The notes: a model not told the origin generated them from the letters alone. A stretch of DNA of 64,000 bases from a virus (IMGVR_UViG_3300003316_000301:32001-96000), one strand, 5' to 3'; numbered from the stretch's first letter, positions 1 through 10,301 are shown. A program made the numbers and translations.

Positions 1-2869
1 CCGTGGAGCGGGTGATCCGGAAGGGGACGTCGATCTCCGCTCCGGCATCGCTCCATCGGGAGATGTCGAAGTCCGACCCGGCGTTGGAGCCCGCCTCCGA
101 GGTGGAGTTCGCCCGGACCTCCCAGCGCTGCCCGGATCCCCGGCTGAAGAACCTCAGGGCTCGGGTCGACCCCGGGGAGCCGTTGATGTCCATCCGGTCG
201 GAGTTGGAGATGGTCCCGGTGCCCGTGGAAGGGTCGATCGTGACCTGGACGATCCCGGAGGTTTTGCTGATGGCCACCGTGGTGTCGTTGTACGGACCGG
301 TGGTGCCCTCGATCCAGCCGCCGGACATCTGGACCCGGCGGGCAAACAGGGTCTGCACGCCGTACGCGGGAGACCGGGTGCCGGAGTTGTCGTCGTTGCG
401 GCCCACGTAGGCGCTGCATCCCTGGAGGATGCCGCCCGGGGCCTGGGTGCCGGAGTTGGTTCCCTGGAAGTTGAAGCCCGCCCAGGTTCCGGCGCTGCTT
501 CCGTCCCGCTTGGCCTGGCACCCGATGAGCAGCGGAGGCTTGCCGCCGTCCAGGGTGAGGAAGTTGAAGCCGTTCTTCCCGGACCGGTCGGTGTTGCAGG
601 AGGTCATGACCAGCGAGTAGTTCAGGCCGGTGAAGGTGTAGCCGTGGCCCGCGTTGAACTCCGAGCGGCAGCCGGTCATCGTCACGGCGTTGGGGTTGGC
701 CAGCACGTAGCCGTCCCCGCCGTTGCCCTGCGAGTAGCAGTTGATCATGTCGACGTCGGTCGCCCCGGCGGTCCCCGAGGTGATCGAGACGATGTTGAAG
801 CCGACCCCGCCGTTCGTGGAGCACACGACCTGATCGAAAACCATGCCCGCGCCGTCGTCGGTGCGGATCGCGTCTCCGGTGAACTGCCAGATCGAGACCT
901 TGCGGACCTGGACGTCCTTCACGCCCGCCGAGACCTTGATGCCGGTGATGTTGTTGCCGGTGATGTTGGTCGTCGACCTGCCGCTCAGGGCGAGACCCTC
1001 GATCCGGGGTCCGCCTCCGAGGGCCGAGTCGAGGTACGAGCCGCCGACGGGGGCCGGGTCCACCCGGATCAGCTCGGTGCCCAGGAAGTTGCCGATACCT
1101 GGCCGGAGATAGGCCTCGGTCATGTTCGTCCGGGGGACGAAGTGCGGGCTCCAGCCTCCGCCCCGGAGGGTCACGCCCAGGGTCAGAATGACCGTGTTGG
1201 CGAGCCGGTACTTGCCCGGCGGCACGTAGACCACGTCGCCCTGGGAAGAGGCGTCGATGGCCGCCTGGAAGGCTCCGGAGTCGTCGGTGAAGTCGTCCGC
1301 CTTGGCCCCGTAGTCCATGACGTTGCGGACCAGCGAGCCGGTCCGCACGACTCCGCCGCCCTGGGTGCGTACGGGGGCGGTGGTGGGGCCGGTCGCGTAG
1401 ACGATGTTCGCACCGAGCTGGAAGGACGTGTTGGTGCCGTCGTCGTACAGGCCTGCCGTGTTCGCGTGCAGGTAGGCGTTCTCGATCTGGACGGAGGTGT
1501 TCCCGCTGAAGGAGCCTCCGTACTGCGGGCTGTTGGTGCCCGTTCCGTTGTCGTCCGTGCCGGGGTACTGGATCCAGTCTCCGATGGTGACCGGAACCGT
1601 GCTCGCCGCCGCGCACACGCCCGCGTAGGCACCCCCTCCGGCGCCTCCGTTGCGGCCGTCCCGGCGCGTCATCAGGTTGGAGAGGACGATCGGCGCGTTG
1701 CCGGTCGCGTCGATGAACACGCCGTGCCAGCCGTTGCGGTCGGTGCCGCAGTTCGACATCTGCATGCCGCCGGAGCCCGTGCCGGTGCCCCAGGAGCCGG
1801 TGACGTAGTAGCCGTGGTTGCCGTTCCACTCGGCCCGGCAGGAGCTGAGCTGGCTGTTGGCCAGGTTGTTCAGCACGAAGCCGTTGGCCCAGTTCCCGAT
1901 CGCCTGGCAGTCGATCATCGTCAGGTCGGTCATGAGCTGGAACATGGCGCCGTGGCCGTGATTGTTGTCCAGCATCACCCGGTGCAGGCGCCAGGAGTAC
2001 GGGTAGACCCCGGCGTTCACGCCGGTGTAGATGCCGTTGCCGGTCATGTCCCGCACAGTGACGTCGTGCATGACCACGTTCTGGATGTTGCCCTTGGCCT
2101 GGATGCCGTCCAGTCCGGACGGGCCCACGGCACCGTGAATCATGATGTTCATCAGGCGCTGCTCACCCGAGATGGCCGTGTAGCCACCGGTGGGCTGGTC
2201 CAGGAAGAGGATCGCCGCAGCGCCGGTGAAGGTCGCCAGGGGCTTGATGCGCACCGCCGGGTCGTACAGACCCGGGACCTTCATCAGGTTGGTGTGCATG
2301 CCCATGAGGGTCTTGCCCGGCGGCACGACGATCGGCGAGTTGATCGCCACGTCTCCCGGCGGCAGCAGGATCACAGATCCGGCCGGAGAGGTGCTCAGCA
2401 GGGTGTTGATCGCGGGGGCGTCGTCCGTGGTGCCGTTGATGACGGCCCCGTGCTCCTTGGCGTTGTAGACGAAGGAGTCCTGGCGCATGTACCGGCCGTC
2501 GGCCGTGGCCTGGGTGATGGAGCCCAGGTCGGCTGCCGTCAGGGTCACAGAGGGGCCCGAGTAGCCGTTGACGGACTGCACGGCGGCCAGGGGGAGCCGG
2601 TTCACCGGCAGGCGCGCGGTGGAGTCCAGAGGGGCGACACCGTTGGCCACCCCGATCTGGGCCGTGGGGACCGCTCCCAGGTCGGAGGCGGTCAGGACGA
2701 CGTTGCCGAAATGCCCGTTGACGGAGGTGACCGCGCTGTCACCGAGACCCGGGATGAATGAGCTGGGGACCTTGCCGTCCGAACCGAGAGGGGCGACGCC
2801 GTTGTTGGCGCCCTTCTCGGTGACCGCGATGAAGTCCTCCGCGTCCGAGGTGGTGAGGTGCTTGGGCAT
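1..2869 (-). CDS. Tailspike/depolymerase-like protein with two tandem pectate-lyase-like beta-helix domains (3' end runs off window)
   Basis: Not in ORF track (open at window edge). ATG at 2869, MPKHLTTSDAEDF...; two beta-helix entry motifs (YNAKEHGAVINGTTDDAPAIN...LLPPG and NVMDYGAKADDFTDDSGAFQAAID...YVPPGKY); N/G-rich beta-helix repeats. Confidence 0.75.
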   Translation of the reverse strand, partial: MPKHLTTSDAEDFIAVTEKGANNGVAPLGSDGKVPSSFIPGLGDSAVTSVNGHFGNVVLTASDLGAVPTAQIGVANGVAPLDSTARLPVNRLPLAAVQSVNGYSGPSVTLTAADLGSITQATADGRYMRQDSFVYNAKEHGAVINGTTDDAPAINTLLSTSPAGSVILLPPGDVAINSPIVVPPGKTLMGMHTNLMKVPGLYDPAVRIKPLATFTGAAAILFLDQPTGGYTAISGEQRLMNIMIHGAVGPSGLDGIQAKGNIQNVVMHDVTVRDMTGNGIYTGVNAGVYPYSWRLHRVMLDNNHGHGAMFQLMTDLTMIDCQAIGNWANGFVLNNLANSQLSSCRAEWNGNHGYYVTGSWGTGTGSGGMQMSNCGTDRNGWHGVFIDATGNAPIVLSNLMTRRDGRNGGAGGGAYAGVCAAASTVPVTIGDWIQYPGTDDNGTGTNSPQYGGSFSGNTSVQIENAYLHANTAGLYDDGTNTSFQLGANIVYATGPTTAPVRTQGGGVVRTGSLVRNVMDYGAKADDFTDDSGAFQAAIDASSQGDVVYVPPGKYRLANTVILTLGVTLRGGGWSPHFVPRTNMTEAYLRPGIGNFLGTELIRVDPAPVGGSYLDSALGGGPRIEGLALSGRSTTNITGNNITGIKVSAGVKDVQVRKVSIWQFTGDAIRTDDGAGMVFDQVVCSTNGGVGFNIVSITSGTAGATDVDMINCYSQGNGGDGYVLANPNAVTMTGCRSEFNAGHGYTFTGLNYSLVMTSCNTDRSGKNGFNFLTLDGGKPPLLIGCQAKRDGSSAGTWAGFNFQGTNSGTQAPGGILQGCSAYVGRNDDNSGTRSPAYGVQTLFARRVQMSGGWIEGTTGPYNDTTVAISKTSGIVQVTIDPSTGTGTISNSDRMDINGSPGSTRALRFFSRGSGQRWEVRANSTSEAGSNAGSDFDISRWSDAGAEIDVPFRITRST

Positions 2870-3979
2870 CTAGTCCATCCAGAAGGAGCAGTTGAGGCCG
2901 AGCCACGGAGTGTTCGGGTTCGGCCCCGATCCGGCGAAGAAGACGATGTTCTGGGTGTCGGTGTCGATCTGGAAGCGAGCTGTTCCGATCTGGCCGGACC
3001 CGGTCGTACAGGTGCCGACCACGTCCTGCGGGTAGGCGACCTCGCAGTCCGAGGGCAGGGTCGCCACGACATAGCCGGTGGCCCAGTTGTTGCCGGAGAC
3101 CAGCTCGACCCGGCCCCGGATGAACACCTGGTTGCCGATCCGGCGGATCCTGGGGAGCCAGATGGCGGAGCTGCTCTGGTAGCCCCTCACACCGGAGGCG
3201 AGGGTGAGGGTGCGCCAGGCCTCCACGTACGGCAGCGGGATCCAGGAGGACCCGTTGTACTGGTAGATCGCCTTCTGGTCGGTACGGGAGCAGATCGAGC
3301 CGTTCGGAGGGCTGCTGGGCATCCCTCCCGAAGAGGACGAGACGTAGAACTTCGGGGTCACCCACTGCCCGGAGTTCGATCCCGAGGCGACCGAGGTGTA
3401 CTCCTGGTTCGCTGCCGTGGGAGTGGCGGACGGCACCACGAGGTAGGACCCCGCGAGCGAGGGGATCTGAGCCGAGGGCACCAAGCTGTTGGAGTCCAGG
3501 GAGGCCACACCGTTCGCCGCGCCCCGGGCCGACGTGGAGATCGCTCCGGCGTCCGAGGCCACCAGGGTGACCGCGCCCGTCTTGCCCGCCACCGAGGTGA
3601 CCGGGGCAGCGGGCACCTGGGCCGCCGTGAGCTTCCCGTCTCCCCCGAGTGTGGCCACACCGCCAGCAGCGCCCAGGGAGGCCGTCAGGACGACCGTGGA
3701 GGGGAGCTGGGACGCCAGGATGTGCGCGGTGGAGTCCAGGGACGCCACACCGTTCACAGCGCCTCTGGAGGCCGTTGAGAGGGCTCCTACGGTGTCCGCT
3801 GTCAGTACGACGTTGCCCACGAGGCCGTTGACCGAGTCCACCGAGCCGGTCAGCACCGTGGGGAGCTGGGAGCTGGGGACCTTGCCGTCGGAGCCGAGCT
3901 GGGCGATGCCGTTGTTGGCGCCGATGATCTCGGCGGTGACGAAGTCGCCGGTGTCGGCGGTCGTGAGGTGCTTAGGCAT
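2870..3979 (-). CDS. Tail fibre / receptor-binding protein
   Basis: Repeated SVNG/SVAGxxGxVxL and GVAxLDS fibre motifs; C-terminal RIRRIGNQVFIRG...ATLP domain; N-terminus paralogous to the adjacent tailspike. Confidence 0.7.
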   Translation of the reverse strand: MPKHLTTADTGDFVTAEIIGANNGIAQLGSDGKVPSSQLPTVLTGSVDSVNGLVGNVVLTADTVGALSTASRGAVNGVASLDSTAHILASQLPSTVVLTASLGAAGGVATLGGDGKLTAAQVPAAPVTSVAGKTGAVTLVASDAGAISTSARGAANGVASLDSNSLVPSAQIPSLAGSYLVVPSATPTAANQEYTSVASGSNSGQWVTPKFYVSSSSGGMPSSPPNGSICSRTDQKAIYQYNGSSWIPLPYVEAWRTLTLASGVRGYQSSSAIWLPRIRRIGNQVFIRGRVELVSGNNWATGYVVATLPSDCEVAYPQDVVGTCTTGSGQIGTARFQIDTDTQNIVFFAGSGPNPNTPWLGLNCSFWMD

Positions 3980-6089
3980 CCACCGTCTCCTCGTAGAACG
4001 TCTCGGGGTCCACCTCGATGTGGCGCCGGATGCCGACGACCTTCGGGGTGGCGAACTTGCCGATCGGGTCCCAGTCCTTCAGCTCCACGCCCTCGGGGAG
4101 GTCGCGGGGCTGGTGCAGCTCCCGCGCGAGCTTGCGGGTGCGTTCGGTCTGCCGGAACAGGGCTGCGGGCTTGGGCATGCCGCCCCGCTGCTCGTCGGAC
4201 TCCTCGGGGCGCGCTGCACCCTCGGAGGCCGCTTCGCCGCCCTGCTCGGTGCCGTCCACCGGGGTGGCGGGCATGCCGGGCATCGGGACCCCACCGGCGG
4301 GCTGGTTGCCCATGAGGTCCATCTGAGTGGGAGCCAGGGTCGGCGTCATCGGTCCGGAGGCCAGACCGAGCTGGGGAGTTTGGATGCCCTGAGTGGCGTC
4401 CGGCAGGGCCGGGGGCATGGCCTGCTGGGCCACCGGCTGGAAGTCGGCCCGCAGGTCGGACGGGATCGGGAGTCCGGCGTCCTTGAGCGCCTGGTAGGTC
4501 TTCTTCCGGGTCTCCTGCTCGGCCACCGCGAGGGCCACGGACTCGTCCTGGGTGCGCTCGATCTCGTCCTCGAAGTCGATGCCGGAGGCCATGAGCCGGG
4601 TCTTCATGGAGATCGGGACCCCGGCCGCGCGCAGGGCCTCGAAGAACTCCCGCTCGGCCGCCTCGTCCTTGAGGGACATCGTCTGCATGGTCAGCTCGGG
4701 GACCAGCAGCTTCGGCTGCTCGACGATGCGCTCCTCGCCGGTCTCCTCGTCGATCTCCAGGACTTCTTCCATCTTCACGTAGCGCTTGCCGTTGCGCTCG
4801 TCGTAGTCGTAGTGCTCCTGGGCCTCGGCGACCACCAGAGCCCGCTGGCGGAAGTGCTCCTTGATCATGTCCTGGTAGGTCGTCAGGAGCTGGGAGACCA
4901 GGTCGCGGTTCAGCGCGTCGGCCGCGTACGTCTCACCGGAGGAAGCACCAGACAGCATGGTCTTGGACAGGCCGAAAGCCTGAAGGATCCGGTCCTCCAG
5001 CCGCTCGAAGTCCGCCGTCATGTCGGGCATGTTCTCCCGGCCGAAGACGGGCTCCATGGTCACCGCGAAGTTGTGCACGAGAGCCCGGAAGTCGGCCGCG
5101 AGAGCGGCGTCCAGGGACTCCATGAACTCCTCCAGGTCGTCCTGGGTGGGAATCCACGGGATCTCCGTGCCGAGGTCCTTGGCGGTCGCTCCGAGCTTCA
5201 CCAGGACCAGCGGGGTGTACAGGCGGTCCGCCACGGCGTCCTGAGCCGCGTTGAGCATCTCCTCCTGCATGACCGCGCGCATGGCGCGCATGAGCAGCGG
5301 GATACCCCGCTTGGCGAAGGTGTCCGCCTCGAATTTCATCTGCTGGAGCAGGATGTTCGACACCGGCATAAGGTCGTCCGCGCCGGAGTAGCGGGACAGC
5401 TCCGGGTAGACCTTCATGATCTTCTCGTACTCCCACGCCGGAGAGCGCCGCTGCATGACCTCGCGGATCGTCTCCGGCAGGCGGATCAGGAAGCGGGGCT
5501 CACGCAGGAAGGCCGATCGCTGGACCTGGACATCGTCCGGATTGAGCAGCTCCTCGTTGTCCCAGATGCCCAGGGACTCGTTGAAGGTGGCGAACGGCCA
5601 GGCCTCGCCGACGGTCCAGTACTCCCGGCCGACGTCCAGCAGGAACTTCTTATAGTTCAGGCCCTCCTTGGTGAAGAAGAGGTCCTCGTAGAAGCGTGTG
5701 ACCTGCTCGTCCTTGCACCGCAGTTCCATGCCGAGCAGCGGGTACTTCGTGTAGATGTCGATGCAGGACGCGATGATCGGGTGGGTCTGGTACAGCAGGC
5801 GGCAGTACATCCGGAGCTGCCGGAGCTGGGCCTCGTCGTCGACCTCGTAGGGGAGGTTGTTCTGCTTCCAGTAGAACAGCGGGTCGCGCGGGCGCCCGGT
5901 GGCGAACGCAGTCGACGAGGGGCCTCCGGCCGCTGCCGTCCGGCGCATGTTCACCCGCCGGTTCTTCCGCATCTGGGCAGCTTCAGGAGTTCCGTCGGTC
6001 TGGGCAGCACCCCCGCGCACCATGCTCTTGCCCAGGCGCTGGAAGGCAGCCGCCTGGTACGCGTCCATCTGGGGGTCCTGCTCAGGCAT
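3972..6089 (-). CDS. Putative portal protein
   Basis: 705 aa helical protein in the virion module; RLLYQTHPIIASCIDIYTKYP, RGIPLLMRA and ERLEDRILQAFGLS resemble large-phage portal motifs. Confidence 0.6.
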   Translation of the reverse strand: MPEQDPQMDAYQAAAFQRLGKSMVRGGAAQTDGTPEAAQMRKNRRVNMRRTAAAGGPSSTAFATGRPRDPLFYWKQNNLPYEVDDEAQLRQLRMYCRLLYQTHPIIASCIDIYTKYPLLGMELRCKDEQVTRFYEDLFFTKEGLNYKKFLLDVGREYWTVGEAWPFATFNESLGIWDNEELLNPDDVQVQRSAFLREPRFLIRLPETIREVMQRRSPAWEYEKIMKVYPELSRYSGADDLMPVSNILLQQMKFEADTFAKRGIPLLMRAMRAVMQEEMLNAAQDAVADRLYTPLVLVKLGATAKDLGTEIPWIPTQDDLEEFMESLDAALAADFRALVHNFAVTMEPVFGRENMPDMTADFERLEDRILQAFGLSKTMLSGASSGETYAADALNRDLVSQLLTTYQDMIKEHFRQRALVVAEAQEHYDYDERNGKRYVKMEEVLEIDEETGEERIVEQPKLLVPELTMQTMSLKDEAAEREFFEALRAAGVPISMKTRLMASGIDFEDEIERTQDESVALAVAEQETRKKTYQALKDAGLPIPSDLRADFQPVAQQAMPPALPDATQGIQTPQLGLASGPMTPTLAPTQMDLMGNQPAGGVPMPGMPATPVDGTEQGGEAASEGAARPEESDEQRGGMPKPAALFRQTERTRKLARELHQPRDLPEGVELKDWDPIGKFATPKVVGIRRHIEVDPETFYEETVDA

Positions 6090-6387
6090 GGTCGTTCTCC
6101 TTGGTGTTGTCGGCGATGGCCCGGATGAGGTTCCCGAAGCACCTCTTCACGGGCCACGGCACCTCCCCCTGCTCCTGAAGCGAGGAGAGCAGCAGGACGT
6201 TGTCCCGGCAGGTGCCGCAGAGGTAGATCATCTCCCCGGGCGAGTGCGGCATCGGCAGTTGGTGGACGACCAGTGGCCTGGGGCTGTGGAACTTCGACCC
6301 CTGGCATTCGTGCTCCGTTGCGAGGATGCCGGGAAGCTCGGTCCGGGGAGCGTTCTCGATGTGCGTGAGAAGCTCCCCCGAGATCAC
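6082..6387 (-). CDS. Hypothetical protein (CxxC)
   Basis: ORF overlapping portal start; YLCGTCRD. Confidence 0.6.
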   Translation of the reverse strand: MISGELLTHIENAPRTELPGILATEHECQGSKFHSPRPLVVHQLPMPHSPGEMIYLCGTCRDNVLLLSSLQEQGEVPWPVKRCFGNLIRAIADNTKENDHA

Positions 6388-6572
6388 TCCGCGCCTTCCT
6401 TCCGGCGCCCGGAGACCTCGCGGCGGACCGGGGTCAGGGAGAGCACTCCGCGCTGGCGCAGCTCGCTGGGGAGGGTGTCCCCCTCGGCGAAGGTCACCGA
6501 CTCCCCGCGCTGGTGCTCCACCCCGTCGGGCCCCTTGTAGTCCACGACTACGTAGAACGTGCGCTCGGCCAT
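6384..6572 (-). CDS. Small hypothetical virion-region protein
   Basis: Overlaps both neighbours; GC3-biased codons. Confidence 0.6.
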   Translation of the reverse strand: MAERTFYVVVDYKGPDGVEHQRGESVTFAEGDTLPSELRQRGVLSLTPVRREVSGRRKEGAE

Positions 6573-8485
6573 TACCGTCCCTCCCGGATCTGCTCGATCA
6601 CGGCGTCCTTGTCGTCGGCGAACTTGATCGCCAGGTGTCTCACGTAGTTGTCCATCCCCAGCTCCGCGCCGGAGGCCGTGCGGAGCATGGAGCCCTTGGC
6701 GAACGGGGGAGCACTCCCGCCGCCCTCCTCGTCGTCCTCCGGCTCATCGCCCTCGTCGTCGCTGCCGGGGAAGCCCTCTCCCTCGTCCTCCTCGCCGGGG
6801 TCGCCCCCTGCACCGAAGGGATCCACGCCGCCCATGGGGTCTCCCATGGCGTCCGGAGCGGCCGGAGGACCGCCGATCTGACCGGGCATGCCGGGCACCT
6901 GCATGGGCATCCCGTCGACCGTCTGGGGGAAGGCCGGGAACTGCGGCTGGACCTGGACGGTGAAGCAGGTGTGGCAGTACTCGCACTCGGTGCTCCGGTC
7001 CGAGCGGGCGATCACCTGACCCGAACCGCAGAAGGGGCAGTGGAAGATCGTTGCCCCGTCGCCCGAGTCGTGAGCCACCTTCTGATACGGGGCCATCCGA
7101 GCCTCTTTCAGATTGTGATGAATGTGGTCCGGGAAGTCTCCGGAGGGGAAGTCCGTGTGGTGCTCGTGATGGTGATGAGCTGCGACTTCATCCGGCGACA
7201 TCTCCTTGAGCACATCGTGAAGAAAGTGATCTGGGGAGTATCCGTGATGCTCTTCGAGGTGCCGGAGATCGTGCTCCTTGCCGTGCTGTTCGGTGGAGTG
7301 ATCGGTCAGCTCATCACAATGTGAGCAGTACTCCCCGCCGAAGCTCGGCTCGTTCTCCTCGTGAGCCTCGTCCAGGTCGTGTCCGGGGGATTCGGGGTCC
7401 GCGTCGCCCCGCTCGGCTCCAGGGGCCACGTGGGCGTGCTGGACGGCCTTCTTGGCCACATGGGCCTCGTGGACGTCCGAAGCGTCGGGGAGGGCCTTGC
7501 CGCCGCTGTAGAGCGACGAGTGGTAGGGCGCCTCCTCCTTCCAGTCGCCGACGAGCTTGTCCCGATGGGTCTCGAACTCCTCGTCGTCGTTGTCCCGCTC
7601 GTCGTGGTGCTGCCGGTTGCAGCCGCCGTGCGTGATCTCGATGTCGTCTGAGGAGAGCGGGATCGCGTTGTAGTGCCCGATCGGGTCGTCCGTGTTGTTG
7701 CGGACCACGATGCCGTCGTGGCCGGAGGCCCGCAGGGAGTCCCGGTAGGCCTCCAGGCCGTACTTGCCGTCCGAGCGGTGCTGGCCCTTGGCGTACTCCA
7801 GCAATCGGCCGGAGCAGCAGCCGTGCTCGTCGCTGGCGTCGTCCCGGTGGTTTCCGACGTACTTGCCGTCGTCCTGCATGTGGCCCGAGGCGTGCAGGCG
7901 CTCGTACGCGTCATGCGTCATGTGGTCGAGCGAGTTGTAGTGCACCGGGTTCTTCATGTGCAGCTTGGCGTGGATGACCCGGTTGCCCGCGTTCGAGCCC
8001 GACATGAACTCCTTGGACATCCCGTGCAGGGACGTCCAGTGCGAGCCGATGTGGTTGTTCCAGTCCCCGGCGCCGAAGTTGCCCCAGTAGCCGTGGCCGC
8101 TCATCAGCTCAGTGGCGCTCTTGGGCGGCCCCTCGAACTGGGTCCCGGTGCCGTGGTACCACTCGTGCTCCCCCGGGCCGCCGGAGTGCATCTCGGAGTG
8201 GTGCGGGTTCGGGTAGCCCTGGGACTCGGCCGCCGTCTTGCGGGACTCGTAGAAGCGGTCCCAGACGCTCTGCGGGAGGGGCTGGAGCAGCGGGTGGTAC
8301 GTGTCGTCGGCCAGCTCCCCGGCCCAGTGATCGGCGGCCTCCCGGCGACCGGCCGTACGCTCACGCGAGACGGCCTGGGCGCACCCGGCGCACACCAGTC
8401 GGCCGTCCTCCAGCCGGGTGCGGGGAATGAACGGGGACGCCTTGGCGCCGCACCGCTCGCAGGTCCTGCCCATGACCACCTCCAC
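6572..8485 (-). CDS. Multidomain His-rich protein with ADP-ribosyltransferase-like (ART-PolyVal-type) domain and Zn ribbons
   Basis: WYHGT...GSHWTS...VIHAKLHMKNP...GHDGIVV motif order; CxxC pairs at both ends; alternative start ATG 8473. Confidence 0.55.
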   Translation of the reverse strand: MEVVMGRTCERCGAKASPFIPRTRLEDGRLVCAGCAQAVSRERTAGRREAADHWAGELADDTYHPLLQPLPQSVWDRFYESRKTAAESQGYPNPHHSEMHSGGPGEHEWYHGTGTQFEGPPKSATELMSGHGYWGNFGAGDWNNHIGSHWTSLHGMSKEFMSGSNAGNRVIHAKLHMKNPVHYNSLDHMTHDAYERLHASGHMQDDGKYVGNHRDDASDEHGCCSGRLLEYAKGQHRSDGKYGLEAYRDSLRASGHDGIVVRNNTDDPIGHYNAIPLSSDDIEITHGGCNRQHHDERDNDDEEFETHRDKLVGDWKEEAPYHSSLYSGGKALPDASDVHEAHVAKKAVQHAHVAPGAERGDADPESPGHDLDEAHEENEPSFGGEYCSHCDELTDHSTEQHGKEHDLRHLEEHHGYSPDHFLHDVLKEMSPDEVAAHHHHEHHTDFPSGDFPDHIHHNLKEARMAPYQKVAHDSGDGATIFHCPFCGSGQVIARSDRSTECEYCHTCFTVQVQPQFPAFPQTVDGMPMQVPGMPGQIGGPPAAPDAMGDPMGGVDPFGAGGDPGEEDEGEGFPGSDDEGDEPEDDEEGGGSAPPFAKGSMLRTASGAELGMDNYVRHLAIKFADDKDAVIEQIREGR

Positions 8486-8515
8486 CCCTTCGGCGGAGAT
8501 CAGGCCGTGAGGACA

Positions 8516-8998
8516 TCAGGAGGGTGTGAAGGCGTCCCGGATGAGAGCGGCGGACGCGGTCCTCAGCAGATCCTCGCGTTCGTCGTCGTCCAGATGCGAC
8601 GCCATGGCCGTGAAGGAGTCCGAGGAGCGCAGACGGGAGGCGACCAGGGTCAGCGCCTCCTCGGCGATGTCCTGGAAGGAGGCGAGCTTTCCTGCGTCGG
8701 CCATGGCGTTCAGAAGGGCGCTGGAACCGCCCTCGTCGTAGATCTGGCGGGCTGTGACGGTCCCGACGCCCGAGACCTCCAGCGAGTCGTCCAGAGCCGC
8801 TTCCACGGCCCCCTGACGGCTTCCCAGGGGGCGGAGATCGTCGGTGTCCTCCAGGGTGACCTTGCCCGCGAGGGAGCCGGTCCGCCACTGCACGTGGGCG
8901 TTGTGGCCGGACACGACGAGGACGGAGCCCTGGTCCCCCGGATCCAGGGTCTTCGTCTTCAGGCCGACGTACTCGATCCGGCTCCCGTCGCTGATCAC
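8516..8998 (-). CDS. Hypothetical head-region protein
   Basis: 160 aa ORF with AGGAG RBS. Confidence 0.65.
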   Translation of the reverse strand: MISDGSRIEYVGLKTKTLDPGDQGSVLVVSGHNAHVQWRTGSLAGKVTLEDTDDLRPLGSRQGAVEAALDDSLEVSGVGTVTARQIYDEGGSSALLNAMADAGKLASFQDIAEEALTLVASRLRSSDSFTAMASHLDDDEREDLLRTASAALIRDAFTPS

Positions 8999-9005
8999 GC
9001 TTCTC

Positions 9006-10301
9006 CTACAGGGCCAGCAGCGGGAGAAGCTCTCCCGCCTCCGCGAGGGCTGTGCCCGCTCCGGCCGCCTCTCCCGCTGCCGCGCCCCCGGCGGCGCCCG
9101 CTCCCCCTCCGGGCAGCATGCGCTTCAGGCCCGGTACGACCGGCGGAACCATCCCGCCACCCTCGGAGCCCTTGCCGCCGTCGTCCCCCTCGCCCTCCTG
9201 GCCCGTACCGCCCCCGCCGGGCCTGCCCGGCTTGAAGTCGGCCGGAGCCCAGGTCTTGACCTTGTTCGTGGCCGGGCCGTCCTCGACGCCCCCACGGTCG
9301 CCGAACAGGAGCGGGCTCATGTCCTCGGCGTGCTTGTGGAGGTAGGTCTCGTAGGCCTGGGACGCCACGTGCAGGACCTGCCGCTCGGACAGGCCCGGGT
9401 TGTACCGGCGCACCTCGGCCGCGATGGCCGCGATCTTCGCCGTGCTCGGTGGCAGGTCGTTGCCGCCCTGCTCGATGTCACCCCCGTTGAGTCCGGAGTC
9501 CGGGGTGTCGGCACCGGCGGGGTTGTCGTCGATCCCGTCCATCCCCATGCCGGGCGAGTCCATCCCGCCGCCCTCCGGCATCTGCCGGGGCTTGGTGGTC
9601 TCCGCGATCCCGCCCTCCATACCGGGCACGGGCGCCGGAGCGCCCGCATCAGCCAGTGGATCCGGGGTCGGGTTGTTCACGTCCGAGACCGGCGCCCCGT
9701 CCGCCGCTTCCTTGCGGGCGGAGCTACGGACGAAAGGGGTACCACCCCACGCCAGCGGATTCTCGCCCGCCGAGATGCGGGCGGCCAGGGACGAGAACTT
9801 CCCCGCCCACGGCGGAGCCGATCCCGAGTCCTTGTCGTCGTCCGAATCCGAGTCGGAGTCGGAGTCGTCGTCCCCGTCGGAATCGCCGTCGTCAGAGGAA
9901 TCGTCGGAGTCGTCGTCATCGTCCCCCGAGTCGTCGCTGTCGTCGGAGTCGTCCGAATCGCTGTCGTCGTCCGAGCCGTCGTCGTCTCCGTCGTCCCCGG
10001 AGTCGTCGTCCTCGTCGGAGTCGTCGTCACCTCCGGGAGGGAAGGATCCCGCCTCCGCCAGCAGGGCGAAGCGCTGGGCGAAGACGCTCTTCAGCTCTTC
10101 CTCGTCCACGCCCGCCTCGGCCGCCACTGTCTGGATCCGCTCCCCCGCGAGGGCAAGCCGGTCCTCGAACTCGGTCTGGGACGTGGCCATGGCCAGGAAG
10201 GCCCAGGTGCCGGTGGAAGCGGCCTTGGCCGTCTCCAGGGCCAGAGTGTGGCGCTCGGCGTCGAGATCGCGCGACGCCTCGCTCCACAGGTCCGTCGTCA
10301 T
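9006..10301 (-). CDS. Low-complexity acidic (D/S-rich) head-region protein, possible scaffold/internal protein
   Basis: Start MTTDLW after GAGGA RBS; about 65-aa poly-D/S tract; helical segments. Confidence 0.65.
   Translation of the reverse strand: MTTDLWSEASRDLDAERHTLALETAKAASTGTWAFLAMATSQTEFEDRLALAGERIQTVAAEAGVDEEELKSVFAQRFALLAEAGSFPPGGDDDSDEDDDSGDDGDDDGSDDDSDSDDSDDSDDSGDDDDDSDDSSDDGDSDGDDDSDSDSDSDDDKDSGSAPPWAGKFSSLAARISAGENPLAWGGTPFVRSSARKEAADGAPVSDVNNPTPDPLADAGAPAPVPGMEGGIAETTKPRQMPEGGGMDSPGMGMDGIDDNPAGADTPDSGLNGGDIEQGGNDLPPSTAKIAAIAAEVRRYNPGLSERQVLHVASQAYETYLHKHAEDMSPLLFGDRGGVEDGPATNKVKTWAPADFKPGRPGGGGTGQEGEGDDGGKGSEGGGMVPPVVPGLKRMLPGGGAGAAGGAAAGEAAGAGTALAEAGELLPLLAL

Noticed and set aside
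9830-10030. GTCGTC-rich tandem-like repeat
   Set aside because: Simply encodes the poly-Asp/Ser tract of the minus-strand protein.
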